A DNA stretch of 64,000 nt from Felis catus (Eukaryota). Under the pieces are notes generated by a model. That model was not told the DNA's origin. It ran no database searches and saw nothing but the letters and a program-made list of their open reading frames with translations. Positions 24,029 to 35,660 of the stretch are shown piece by piece. The position numbers and the translations under genes are program-made. The first letter of the stretch is position 1, and the number at the start of each line of letters is the position of its first letter. Location: positions 91,762,001 to 91,826,000 of the forward strand of contig NC_058368.1 in NCBI RefSeq assembly GCF_018350175.1. Reading direction: 5' to 3'.

Positions 24029-24469
24029 AAGGGTGACTGTTTCAATGTGAGCACGGTGTTGTCTTGGGGGCTCTGTTGCTGCTTTCCCTAGTGGGAGCAA
24101 TATTTAGCTCATTTTGACCCATCCAATTCCCACAAAGGCGGCACAAGTGAGCGAGCCCACCATGGGAGGATTTTAGTGTGGGCCCCTGTGCTTTGGGATA
24201 AGCACAGTTTCCTCCCTGGAGTTCCTGTACAGGACAGGAGCCCAGAATGTGGGTCTCCTAAGTGTGGCCATGGAGGTGGCCTGGTGCTGGACTGAGACAG
24301 GAGCTGGACACTTACCTGAGGGGCTGTGGAAGGAACATCCCCCAGCAGCCCAAAGATGGCTTATACTGTGGGAAGCCCCCATGAGCGCTGCGGGCGCCAC
24401 CAAATCATAGTTTATGATCCAGGAAAGAAAATAAAACCTCTTTGAAACATCAGCCTGTTGTTCTGCTTT

Positions 24470-25447
24470 TTAATAGATTTTTATTGCTTAGAGCTGTTCA
24501 GGTTCGTAGCAAAATTGAGGGAAAGATGCAGAGATTTCCCATACACCCCCCCACATGCAGAGCCTCCCAGAGATTATCAATGCACATTCATTATGATGGA
24601 TACACCTGCACTGACACAATATTGTCACCCACAGTCCTTGGTTTTCCTGAGGGGTCACCCTTGAAGTTGTACTTTCCATGGGTTTGGATAAATGCGTGAC
24701 CCACATCCACCATCACACAGAGTATTTTCACGGTCCTAAAGATTCTCTGTGCTCTGCCTGTTCATCTCTGCCTTCTCCCTAGACCCCTGGTGACCGCTGA
24801 ACTTTTTATTGTCTCCATAGTTTTGCCTTTTCCAGAGTATCACATAGCTGGAACCACCTAGCATATGGGCTCTTCAGATTGCTTTATTTTCCTTAGTGAT
24901 GTGCATTTAAGTTTCCTCCGTATCTTTTTGTGGCTTGATAGTTCATTTCCTTTTAGTGTTGAATCCTGTTCCATTGTCTGGAGGTACCACACTTTGTTCA
25001 TCCATTCACCTGCTGAAGGACAGATGGGCTGCTTTCAGGTTTTGGCAATGATGATTAAAGCTGCTGTAAATGGCAGGTTTTTGTGTACCAGCTCCTTTGT
25101 GTAAATACCAAGGAGTGGACTGCGGGATCATATGGTGAGAGTATGTGTAGTGGTGTAAGAAACTGACAAGCTATCTTCTACGGGGACTGTACCATTTTGC
25201 ACGTTCACCACCAATGAACGAGAGTCCCCGTTACTCCCTGTCCTTGATGGCATTCGGTGTTGTCAGTGTTCTGGATTTGGGCCATTCTGTTGGGTGTGTA
25301 GCAGTGTCTCAGTGTTGTTTTCACTTGCACCTCCCTGATGACATATGATGTGGAGCACCTTTTGATGTGCTCATTTGCCATCTGTGTATCTTCTTAGTGA
25401 GGGTGTCTGTTGAGGTTTTTGACTCTCGTTGACTTTTAAAAGTTCTT

Positions 25448-25512
<65 letters not shown>

Positions 25513-25770
25513 TAAGTTTATTTATTTACTTATTGAGAAAGAGAGAGTGTGAGCAGGATAGGGGCAGAGAGATAGGGAAAGAGAATCCCAAGCAGGCTCT
25601 GCACCATCAGTTCAGAGCCCAGTATAGGGCTTGAACCCATGAACCATGAGATCATGACCTGAGCTGAAAGCAAAGTCAGACTGAGCCACCCAGGCTCCCC
25701 AAGTTCTTTTTATATTTTGGATAACAGTCCTTTATATTGCAAATATTTTCTCCTAATCTGTGGCTTGTTT
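24470..25770 (-). mobile_element. Old LINE-1 3' region (L1MC-like) with a (TG)n(TA)n-tailed SINE at about 25448-25700
   Basis: gcaaaattgagggaaagatgcagagatttcccata and gttttgccttttccaga antisense L1MC motifs. Confidence 0.8.
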
Positions 25771-25789
25771 GATGGTCCATGTTTATATA

Positions 25790-26017
25790 CTTTTTAAAAA
25801 TGTTTATTTATTTATTTTGAGAGAGGGAGAGAACATGCGTGCCTGCAAGTGCAAGCAGGGGATGGGGCAGAGAGAGAGGGAAAAAGAGAATCCCAAGCAG
25901 GCTCCACACTGTCAGTGAAGAGCCCAATGCAAGGCTTGATCTCATAAACCATGAGATCATGACCTGAGCTGAAATCAAGAGTTGGATGCTCAACCGACTG
26001 AGCCACCCAGGTGCCCC
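25790..26017 (-). mobile_element. CanSINE
   Basis: Antisense SINE; TSD tgatggtccatgttta / tgatagtccatgttta. Confidence 0.92.
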
Positions 26018-26455
26018 TGATAGTCCATGTTTAAATGGCGAAAGCAGATCCCACCCAGTGGGGCATCTGGTAGAGCCGCATGCTGTGGGGGGTGGTATGT
26101 GGCTTTGACCACTTCTGAATGTCTCTAAAGCATGGGGCCATGCATGAGATCACCATGGCCCAGGCGGCCACAGGGCATGGGGCAGCCACTAGAAGTGCTA
26201 TTTATGAAGATGAAGAGGCATCGTAGGAAAATGTGAGTCACTGGATGACGAGGTGGGGAACACAGGACACAGGAAGGCATGAACTCAGAGGAAAACTCTG
26301 GAACTACATGTGCACAAGGTCATAGACTAGAAAGAAATTCACAAAAACACGAAGAGTTCTGTTGAGTCGACAACCTTGAGGGTGGGTTTTTCCCCTTTTC
26401 ATTTCTCATATAGCTGCTTATAAATACAGCTCTTTATTTAAAAACAACTGATTTA

Positions 26456-26871
26456 GGGGTGCCTGGGTGGCTCAGTTGGTTGAGTGACCAACTCTTGATT
26501 TTAGCTCAGGTCATGATCTCATGTTTCATGAGTTCAAGCCTGGTGTTGGGCTCTGTGCTGACGGTGCAGAGCCTGCTTGGGATTCTCTCTCTTTTCTTCT
26601 CTCTCTGCCTCTCCTCCCCCACCTCAAAAATAAATAAATAAACTTTTAAAAGACTGATTTTTTTAATGTTTATTTTTGAGAGAGACAGAGAGACAGAGAC
26701 TGAGCATGAGCAAGGGAGGGGCAAAGAGAGAGGGAGACACAGAATCTGAAGCAGGCTCCAGGCTGTGAGCTGTCAGCACAGAGCCTGATGTGGGGCTTGA
26801 ACTCATTAACTGTGAGATCATGACCTGAGCTGAAGCCAGACGCTCAACTGACTGAGCCACCCGGGCACCCC
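26456..26871. mobile_element. Tail-to-tail inverted CanSINE pair (+ 26456-26650; - 26657-26871)
   Basis: Two opposite-strand SINEs sharing target sequence actgattt. Confidence 0.92.
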
Positions 26872-27499
26872 TAAAAAGACTGATTTCTAAAGTTTTTACT
26901 ACTATTCCTGCCCACACTAAACCATGAGTTCTACAGTGGATTCAAGGAAAGGATCAGGAACATGAGCCCTCCTTGGTTGCCACAGGATCTTTCTGGGGAT
27001 GTGCTCGGAGGAGCAGGAAGTAGCTAAGGGTGGGCTTCCTGCCTTTGTCACCTGTGACCACTGCACCACTGTGGCTAGGGACACAAATCTGTCCTGTTTT
27101 CCCAGTTGGCTGATATCCAAGCATCTTTCCAAATAAAAGTTGAGCCCAGGTAACAAGCCAAACCGTAATTGGAGGCAGGTGCCGATGGTAGGCTCCGGTG
27201 TTCTCTGAAACAGCACGTGGACCCCTGTGATTCTGTGTTTCATCTCAGCCCTTCCTAGGCTACCACACACCAAGATTCAACGTTAATTAAGCACCTTCTG
27301 CATGCCAGATATGGACTAGCTGTTTCCACAACTATCATCTCACCTGATTTTTACCCACCTCAAAACAGCCCTGGGGTGTCAATACTAATAACCTCAATTT
27401 GCAAATGAGGAAACTGAGGCATGCAGTGAGATGGGGAAGCAGCATCCCTTTGCACAGTGCTTTAGACTTTACAGAGAACTTCACATATTTGGCTGGCTG

Positions 27500-27797
27500 G
27501 TTTTTTTTGTTTTTGTTTTTGTTTTTTTTTTTTTGAGAGAGAGTGCATATGTGTGCGTGGGTGTGGTAGGAGGGGCAGAAGGAGAGAAATTTTTTTTTAA
27601 GTTTATTTATTTATTTTGAGAGAGAGAGATAGAGAGGGAACAAGCTGGCGAGGGGCAGAGAGAGAGAGAGGACAGAGGATCCAAAGCAGGCTCTATGCTG
27701 ACAGCAGAGAGCCAGATGTGGGGCTCACACTCACAAACCATGAGATCATGACCTGAGCTGAAGTCGGAGACAACTGACTGAACCACCCAGGTGCCCC
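27500..27797 (-). mobile_element. CanSINE plus partial SINE 3' fragment
   Basis: Antisense SINE bodies. Confidence 0.88.
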
Positions 27798-28648
27798 TTT
27801 TCTGGTTTTCTTTAAAGTCCTGCCAGATATTCATTAGCATCCGCATTGTACAGAGGGGGAAACTGACGGTCACAAAGCATACCCTGCACCAAGGCATAGA
27901 AGTACTACCTGGGCACAGAATCAATCATGCCTTCCCAACTGGATTCCCACTCTGCCCCTTTCTACGCTGCACTGCCTGCCGAGGAGGAGGAGGTGAGGGC
28001 CAGGACCCATCTTTGGTTCCCTTGACCCAGAGGGGTACCCCCAGTCACTTCCTGAACCCCCACTTTGTGCCATTTTTACTCCCATGATTTCACTGGATCC
28101 TCCACAGGGCCTGGGAGAGTGTGCACTGTATGGACAGTGCCTGAAACTCAGAGCTAAGTAACCTGCCACGGTGGCCCTGAGCCATAACCACGACCATTCA
28201 GGTTTAATTGAGAAATTACTATTTTAAGAAAGAGAGTGCGGACCCCGAGTCCTGACCTGGACAGAGAACACCGAGTGACTATGATGGCTCAGATATTTCA
28301 GTTCTGAGAGCTGTTGGTATGTCCCCTCTTTGTTCAGTTCCAGAGAAGAGCATTAAAGGTTCTCCCTCCGCTTGATGTGTACATTTTACTGCCCCTTCCA
28401 GGGCAGGATTGAGGCAGAGGATGTGACTGGGACCCAGATCAAAGGGTTTTCCTGAAGCCTTGCTGTTCTGTCAGCGTCCCATGGAACAGCGCTCACCCCA
28501 GGATCCTGGCCGGGCCGGCCAGATTTTAGGTTCGCGGGACATTCCGCGCACAATATGGTGAAGCTGCTTTAACAAGCGTTTTTATAGCCTTTGCCCTAGA
28601 GAGGACTGGAGAGGTGCTTTGGCACCTAACACAGGGGAATTCACACTG

Positions 28649-28720
28649 TGAATGAATGAATGAATGAATGAGTGAATGAATGAATGAATGAATGAATGAA
28701 TTCATGATGTATGAATGAAT
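28649..28720. repeat. (TGAA)n tetranucleotide repeat (L2 tail-derived)
   Basis: Direct inspection; preceded by L2-like tggcacctaacacagg. Confidence 0.85.
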
Positions 28721-29244
28721 ATATGCTTGTCTGCAAGCAAGTCTGCTTGATCTAGCTCCTGCCCGCCCTCCCTGGGGCAGAGAGTGAGCTTGAGTCACCT
28801 CCATCTCCTCTTTCCTCCCTCCCTTAGGGAATAGGGCCTTGGGTTCTGATATTTAACTTCTGTGTGATGTTAAGAAAGTCATTTTACTGCCAAGCATCAG
28901 TGTCCTCATCTGTAAAATGGGCTTTTTCCCACCTCTGAGCCCTCAGCCCTCTTGGATTACTTGCTAGATCAGGAGGGCTCCATCATACCCCCACTCAGCC
29001 TCTGGAGCTCACAGACATCTCTGTCTAGAACACACAGAGCATCCTGACATTTGTGGCCACGACCGTGGGACATGGTGCAGGTCTCTATCATATGGAAGCC
29101 TTCATGGAGACTGTTTCCGCATGCTACAATGAGGGCAGAAAATGGACCTCCAGGACTGGGGCCACAGCAAGAATCACAGGAGAAGTGGGAACATGTCAGA
29201 GCTTTGTATATGTGTTTGTCATTGCATTGATATATAATCACGAT

Positions 29245-29460
29245 TTCTTTTTAAGTTTATTCATTTATTGTGAGAGAGAGAGTGTGTGCAAGCAGGGGAA
29301 GGGCAGAGAGAGTGGTGGGGCAGGGGGAGAGAATCCTAAGCAGACTCTTTGCTGTCAGTGCAGAGCATGATTCAGGGCTCGAACTCACGAACCATGAGAT
29401 CATGACCTGAGCCAAAATCAGAGTCAGATGCTTAACCGACTGAGCCACCCAGGTGCCCCC
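29245..29460 (-). mobile_element. CanSINE
   Basis: Antisense SINE; TSD atcacgattt. Confidence 0.92.
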
Positions 29461-29555
29461 CGATCACGATTTAATTATAAATACTGCAGGTGCTATTTTA
29501 TGCAATTATGATGATATATTCAGGTAAGTGCTTTTCTTGCCATTGACTCCAACTA

Positions 29556-29821
29556 CAGTCAAACCTTGGTTTGCGAGCATAACTCAGTCTGGAAACATGC
29601 TTGTAATCCAAAGCACTTGTATATCAAAGTGAATTTCAAGAACCCTTGGCTCAGTTGTGATCATGCGACGTTCGGCATCACATACTACTTGTATTGCAAG
29701 ACATCGTCTGTTTATCAAGTTAAAATTTATATATTAGAAATGTTTGCTTGCCTTGTGGAACACTCACAGACCAAGTTACTGGCACTCACAGACCAAGTAC
29801 TCACAATCCAAGGTTTTACTG
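29556..29821. mobile_element. 266-bp Tc1/mariner-superfamily (Tigger-like) MITE
   Basis: TIRs cagtcaaaccttggtttgcgag / ctcacaatccaaggttttactg with TA flanking both ends. Confidence 0.8.
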
Positions 29822-30729
29822 TATATTGCTGTAAGATAAAGGACAAGCTGGATGTAGAAATGCCTAATGTCCCTATTCCCAGCCTGCTCATTAACCACCA
29901 GGGGGACAATGGCCAGCCGAGCTTGTCCAGGAAGGGTGAGTGAGCGGAGACTGACGGTCCTGCTCTCCCCCTCCTGCAGTCTGTGACTCTGTGCCTCCTG
30001 GATGGCTATGTTTGGGCAGCGCTTCTGTCTGAGTCGTCCACGTGGCCACTGCGTGCTGGCCCTTTTCTCAGTCCCCAGAATCAAATGTCTTCTCTGGTTT
30101 GGTTTTTGCTCCCAGTTGCTTTGGTACTCTGTTCCTGTGAAGCCTGGCTCTGTTTCATTTTCAGCAGAAGGACCAGTTGGAGTGGCTTTGGAATACATGC
30201 GGCTGCCTGAGGGAAGCGTCAGGATTCAGTGGGAATGTGGGGGGTGGAGTGCCTTCACACCTGGAAGGTGCCCATTAAGCACTCTGTGATTCACTGCAGA
30301 CAGCGTTTTCCCAGCACGGAGATGCGGACTGTCCCCCCACCTCCCATGGAGCACAAGGGGCTCCCTTTGTCACTTAAGTACTATATGCTTCTAAATCATA
30401 TTGGAGATGTGGGCACTAGAATTAGCTAGTATAGATATGGTCTTGGGACTGGGGAGCATGGAGGGCCTGAGATCAAGCCCGATTCTCATTGCACAGAAGA
30501 GACTGACACTGAGAGGGAAGGGATAAGTCCAAGATCACACAGCAAGAAGCTGTCAGTGCCTGGAGGAGCCCCTGGTGGCCTTGCCCCATGTGCACTCTGC
30601 CTCACACTTGCCTCCTGCCTATCCTGATAACGTAGTGAGTCGTGGGTCCTGCTATAGTAGGGCAGGTCCCTCTGCAACAGTGTTTGACATGAGAGGAGGG
30701 GTTGCCTTGTGTTGAGACTTTACTCCATC

Positions 30730-30865
30730 ATTTAATTCAGCTCTCAATGCAGGTCCAACTATCCCCATTTTACGGATGAGGAAAACAAAGCTCAGAGAGG
30801 CTGAGTGATCTGAGCAAGGTCACACAGCTGGTAAGAGTAGAGTCTGCTTGGAAATCCAAGCCCTT
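30730..30865. mobile_element. MIR SINE
   Basis: ccccattttacggatgaggaaaacaaagctcagagagg...caaggtcacacagctggtaag MIR core. Confidence 0.8.
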
Positions 30866-32119
30866 CTGGGAGAGTCCGGTGTCCATTCAGCCATACCTTG
30901 GCTGACTGTCTGCCATGTTTGTTCTTCTCCTATAGAAAAATCATTTTTTTATGGAACACACTCATTAGCTCAACCCGTATCTCCCAAAGTGAGATAGATC
31001 ATGACCATCGTTATTGATCATGCCTTCAAAAATGGTTTGGGTTACAACGTGGGAATTTTTAACACGGATGGCACCTTTTTTTTCCCCCAGCCTAATCTGT
31101 TTACTAAGAGAAAATGGAAATGAGACCAGATAGTGTTTTCAAGGTTCCCAGCGAACAAAGAACACTGGTTAGCCTCTCCTGGGTTGGGATTCTGTGACCC
31201 CTTTAGCGGGGAGGGGGCGTTCTGTTTTTATTTCTGTTTCCTTGGGAGTTCTCCTTGGGAATGGAACTCTGTTTCAAGTTCTACAAATAAAATAAAAACA
31301 ACAAAGGCCCCCACGAGGTCAGGCCTTCCCCCAGGGTGGGCGTGATGACCACCCAAAGCACAGGACTTTAGAGCTCAGTGTTTCCCATTGTTTGGGACAT
31401 TCTTTGCCCTTTTTAAGTCCCAAAGCCCACATTCCCCTTGTCTGGGAGCCAAAAGGGAAGTAGCGTCTCACCACAGGGAGGAGGGAATCAGGACCTATTT
31501 TGTATTAGGCCCTCTGCTGTGTTTTGAATCTGCATAACAGACCCACAGAAGTGCTTGCCTCATCCCCATGTTACAGACTAGCAAACTGAGGAACATGACA
31601 TGATTTCCTCCAGGTCATACGGCCAGCATGTGATAGGCTGGGACGTAAACTCAGCCCCGCTGACGACAGAAGGCTTTATTCAACCTTCCCCAAAGCTGCA
31701 AGCAGAGTAGGGAGAAAAAGCTGGAACCCTCCAACACGAGGGGGCCAGTGGGAGTCTCGAACCTGCCGCCTGGGTTCAAGTCTAGTGCTGCCACTTAAAG
31801 CCCTGTAACCTTGGGCTGGTGCTTATCCCCTGGTGCTTTCCTTCTTCATCTACAAAATGGGAAAATAATAACAGGAATATGTACCTTGTATGGATGGGCA
31901 GGATAAAGGAGATAATTCAGGTTAGGAGTACCTAGCCCCGCGCCTGGCACAGAACAGATTTTCAGTAAATATTTAGGGTCGTTATCAATAACTTCAGCCC
32001 TGGCATTGAAGGGCTGGAAGCCTGCCTCTTCTTGCCTGGTCCTGTGGCAGTGACCCATGGTGTGGCCATGGCCAAGTTGGACAAAACAGGCAATGCCACT
32101 TCTTAAAAACTGGTGCCCA

Positions 32120-32335
32120 GGGGCATCTGGGTGGCTCAGTCGGTTAAGCATGTGACTCTTGATTTCAGCTCAGGTCATGATCTCCCGGTTCATGGGATGG
32201 AGCCCCGCATCCAGCTTGTACCTGCTTGAGATTCTCCCTCTCCCTCGCTCTCTGTCTGCCCATCCCCTGCTTGCATGCTCTCTCTAAATAAATAAGTACA
32301 TACATATCTACGTACATAAACATTTTTTAAAAAAG
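32120..32335 (+). mobile_element. CanSINE
   Basis: Head, body and A-rich tail. Confidence 0.9.
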
Positions 32336-33119
32336 AACACTAGTGTCCAGGCCTGGATGGAAGGGGGCAGGGAACTGGCAGTGTGTTTGCTTCATTCATT
32401 CTACAAGTGTTTCTTGAGGGCCTACTATGAGTCAGACATCATTCTGAGCACTAAGTCATGAATAAAGCAGGCAGACTCCTGCCCTCCTGGGGCTTTCCCT
32501 CCACCGGGGGGAGGCAAACATTAAATCTGTAATTGCACAATCTGGTCTTTGCGAGATACGTGGATCTCTGCAGCCCTCCTAAAATTAAAGCCATGTTGTT
32601 GAGATTTAAGGAGAGACTGCCTCCAGATGCAGACATGCAAAGGATGATGTGCATATATCTGAGGCTTGTTTTAGATTTTCTTTCTCTCTGACATTCTCAC
32701 CCACGTCCTGCTACCGCCGAAGGGCTGGGGTGGGACGGGAGATTAGATTGAGCACACAGCACAGGTCACTGTGGGGCTGGAGGACCAGATGAAGGGCTGC
32801 CCAGTGCCCAAGCTCTGTTGGGTTTAAATCAGGGTTGAGGTAGGAGGCAGCGGGCTGGACTGTGCAGCCAAGGGCACACTGCACTCAAACGGGGGATCAG
32901 TCATTCAGACGTGGCTGAGATCCATGGCTGAGATGGGAACCCAGGCAAGGAGGAAACAGGATCAGGGTGTGGCCAGGAGGGCTGACATTTAGGTAAGGGC
33001 TCCAGTCTGTGGAGGAACTTTAAGTCTCACACGGCAAGAATGCTGAGGCTCGAGCTCATGCAAGAGCACGGAGCTAACTTGCTAATAATTATCGCAATGT
33101 TAGTAGTAATGATAATAGT

Positions 33120-33305
33120 TAATCCTTACTGAGTGCATAAAAGTCTCAGACTTTATGGGTCCTAGCCCATTCGGTCGCCACAACACCGAGGCAGGTGCTA
33201 GCATTGTCCAAAATTTACAAATTATGAAATCAAAACACAGAGAGGTTAAGTAACTTATCCAAGGTCACACAGCTACTGAGTGGAAGAGCTAAGATTCGAA
33301 CCCAG
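33120..33305. mobile_element. MIR SINE
   Basis: cacagagaggttaagtaacttatccaaggtcacacagctactgagtgg MIR core. Confidence 0.85.
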
Positions 33306-33938
33306 CGAGTGCACGGTGTTGGACCTTCCAGACACTGGATCCTCTGCAGAGGACTAACGTTCTGCAGCCCTACCTGCTGGCAGCCTAAGGCTGCTTCCTC
33401 AGGGCTGATCCCAGGATTAGGGGGAGGCCTTGACAGAGAAGCCTGAAACATGAAGCTGAATAAATAACAGGCCCTGAATAAATGTTTGTTAATTGAACTT
33501 GAAGGGAAAAACACAATTTTCTTTGGGCCCAAGTCAGATGTCGTTGCTGTTGCTCAGGTTCAGAATGTCCTTGTTTTCTGCGGGTAGTTTGTGATCTTTA
33601 TCCTAATAGTAGAGACAAGCCACATCTGTTCTGCTAATGAACCCAGTCTCCTTGGCCTGGATGAGAGGGGGTAGCGAGGGGGCAGGGGCACAGCTACCTA
33701 TAAAAACCGTCTAATCAGAAGTTGGTGTTCCTGGGCATTCTTTCAAATGTCCCTTTATCGTCAAAGGTTGGATTTCCCTCTGATACAGACCCCGTGGTTT
33801 TCTGCTGTATAAGGATATCTCACTGGGGGAATGTGGGATGGAATGGGGAGGCCGTGCTGTGGTTTTCTCCCAGACGGAGAATCCAGAATGTTGCATACCT
33901 GGTTCCCTTCTGCTGCTAGACAGAATCAGATTCTTTAC

Positions 33939-34002
33939 CTGCGGAAATACTGGCAATAACTAAAAGGTACACACAAGTAAGGTAGGCTGAGCTCCCAGAC
34001 AT
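33939..34002 (-). other. Candidate first coding exon with signal-peptide-like MSGSSAYLTCVYLLVIASISA(G)
   Basis: ATG at 34002, 21 codons plus 1 nt, donor CAG|gtaaag; weak Kozak context; not recognised. Confidence 0.15.
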
Positions 34003-35365
34003 TAACGTGCAGGCAACAGTCGGCAGGATCAAGCCTCCAAAGGTAGAAGTTCACATGTATGTGTGTGAGTGTGAGTGGTTTGTATGTATGTGTATCTGTC
34101 TGCATTCTTATGTTGTCCTGGTGCGTGTGGATGTGTGTGTTTGAGGGTGTGTATGAACACGTCTTGTGTACGTGTTGTGCATTCATCTACAAGTGTGTTT
34201 CTGCGTGTGTGTGTGTATGTGTGTGTGTCCGTCCAGAAGAGCCAGCCATTAGGAAGGAGTGGTTCTGCCTTGCCCCAAATTCTAAGCCTCATTTTAGGAT
34301 CAAAGGAAGTTGATTCGGGTGTTAGGAATGTTTTTGTTGAGTTGTGATTCATTCAATAAGCATGCTTGTCAGCAGGCCCTAGGCTGATGCTTAACCCCAT
34401 GAAATCCCTTACTTCTGATGGAGAAGACTTACATCTCCAGGAGGGACAGGACATGAATGAGGGCAGACCTCAGGTCGTGGGTCAGGTTGTGATGCGCCTG
34501 GATGTTGGCTGCTTCCTCTTGTTGTATGTGCTACCCGCCTATGCTCCCCATCTCAGCAATCAGCCCCCGCCTATCCAGAAACCTGGGTCACCCTCAGCAG
34601 CTCCCACTATAGATCCCATTAATCACTTCCTCAGCTGTGTGACTTTGGACACGTTATTTAATCTCTCAGAACCTCAGTTTTGTCATCTGTAAAATGGGAA
34701 TGATACTGTTACCAGTTCTTCAGGTTGAGAGCTTGAAATATGGTTATGTCTACCTCCTGTATACATGTGGAGCTTACCCATCTCTCTCTAACCCCATACA
34801 TTATCCTGGTCTAGGCAACAGGTCTTTCTGGGCCCTCTCCCCTCCATACACATTCCAGCCAGAGGACCTTCCGACCGGCACTGCCACCCTAGAGATCTTC
34901 CCCGAGGCAGATCTGATCCAGGCAGAAAGGGGAGGACAAGTGCTGATCAGCAGCCAGCTAGTGATGGAAGCAAAGTGACTCAGCCCATCAGGTCCAGCAA
35001 CGCAGTACCCCGAGGGCTTTCTGAGTGAGGCAGGCTGCCCTCCAGGGGTCTGTATCTTTGCCCACCTCTTAGAATATAAGCCTCTCAAGGACAAGTATGC
35101 TCATTTTCTTCTCTGTATCCAATGTCAGACAAATAGTAGGTGTTCAATATGTATTCAGTGAGTGAATGAATGAACGGGAAGGTCTGGAGTCTGAGGGAGA
35201 ATGGCATCAGGGTAACTGATGTTTGAGGATCTCATGACTTGGCAAACTGCCTCAGAACCTCCCTCCCTGGCCCATGGCTGAGGGACTGTGGTGTACCCTG
35301 CTTTGCCTACCACCCCTCAACCCATCAAGTTGGATTCAAGGCTAAACTCTCACATCGCCTTCCCC

Positions 35366-35660
35366 TGGAAACTCACTCTGGCCCCTTCCCAACCCTGACA
35401 TTACCTTCCCACTCCAGTTCTCTTTGGCCTCATAAATTCCCGACATCCCTTGCCCGGGAAGCTCACTGTGGCCCCGCCCAGCCCTGGCATCACCTTTCCA
35501 CCCACTTGTCCCCTCTGGCCCCGCCCAGTCCTCCCAGGGAAGCTCACTCTGGCCCCGCCCAGCCCTGGCAGCCCTTCCCATGGAAGCTCACTCTGGCCCC
35601 GCCCAGTCCTGGCAGCCCCACCCTGCCGTCAGTCCCCTCTGGCCCCGCCCACTGCCCCTC
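35366..35660. repeat. Degenerate GC-rich tandem repeat with five GGCCCCGCCC (Sp/KLF GC-box) motifs
   Basis: Recurring unit ggaagctcactctggccccgcccagccctggca; GC boxes near 35470, 35517, 35551, 35595 and 35641. Confidence 0.85.

Noticed and set aside
33698..33706. TATA-like ctataaaaa on the + strand
   Set aside because: Isolated motif with no supported downstream + strand exon or ORF
35366..35660. Repeat-spacer appearance reminiscent of a CRISPR array
   Set aside because: Mammalian context, degenerate units, irregular related spacers and no cas genes; it is a minisatellite
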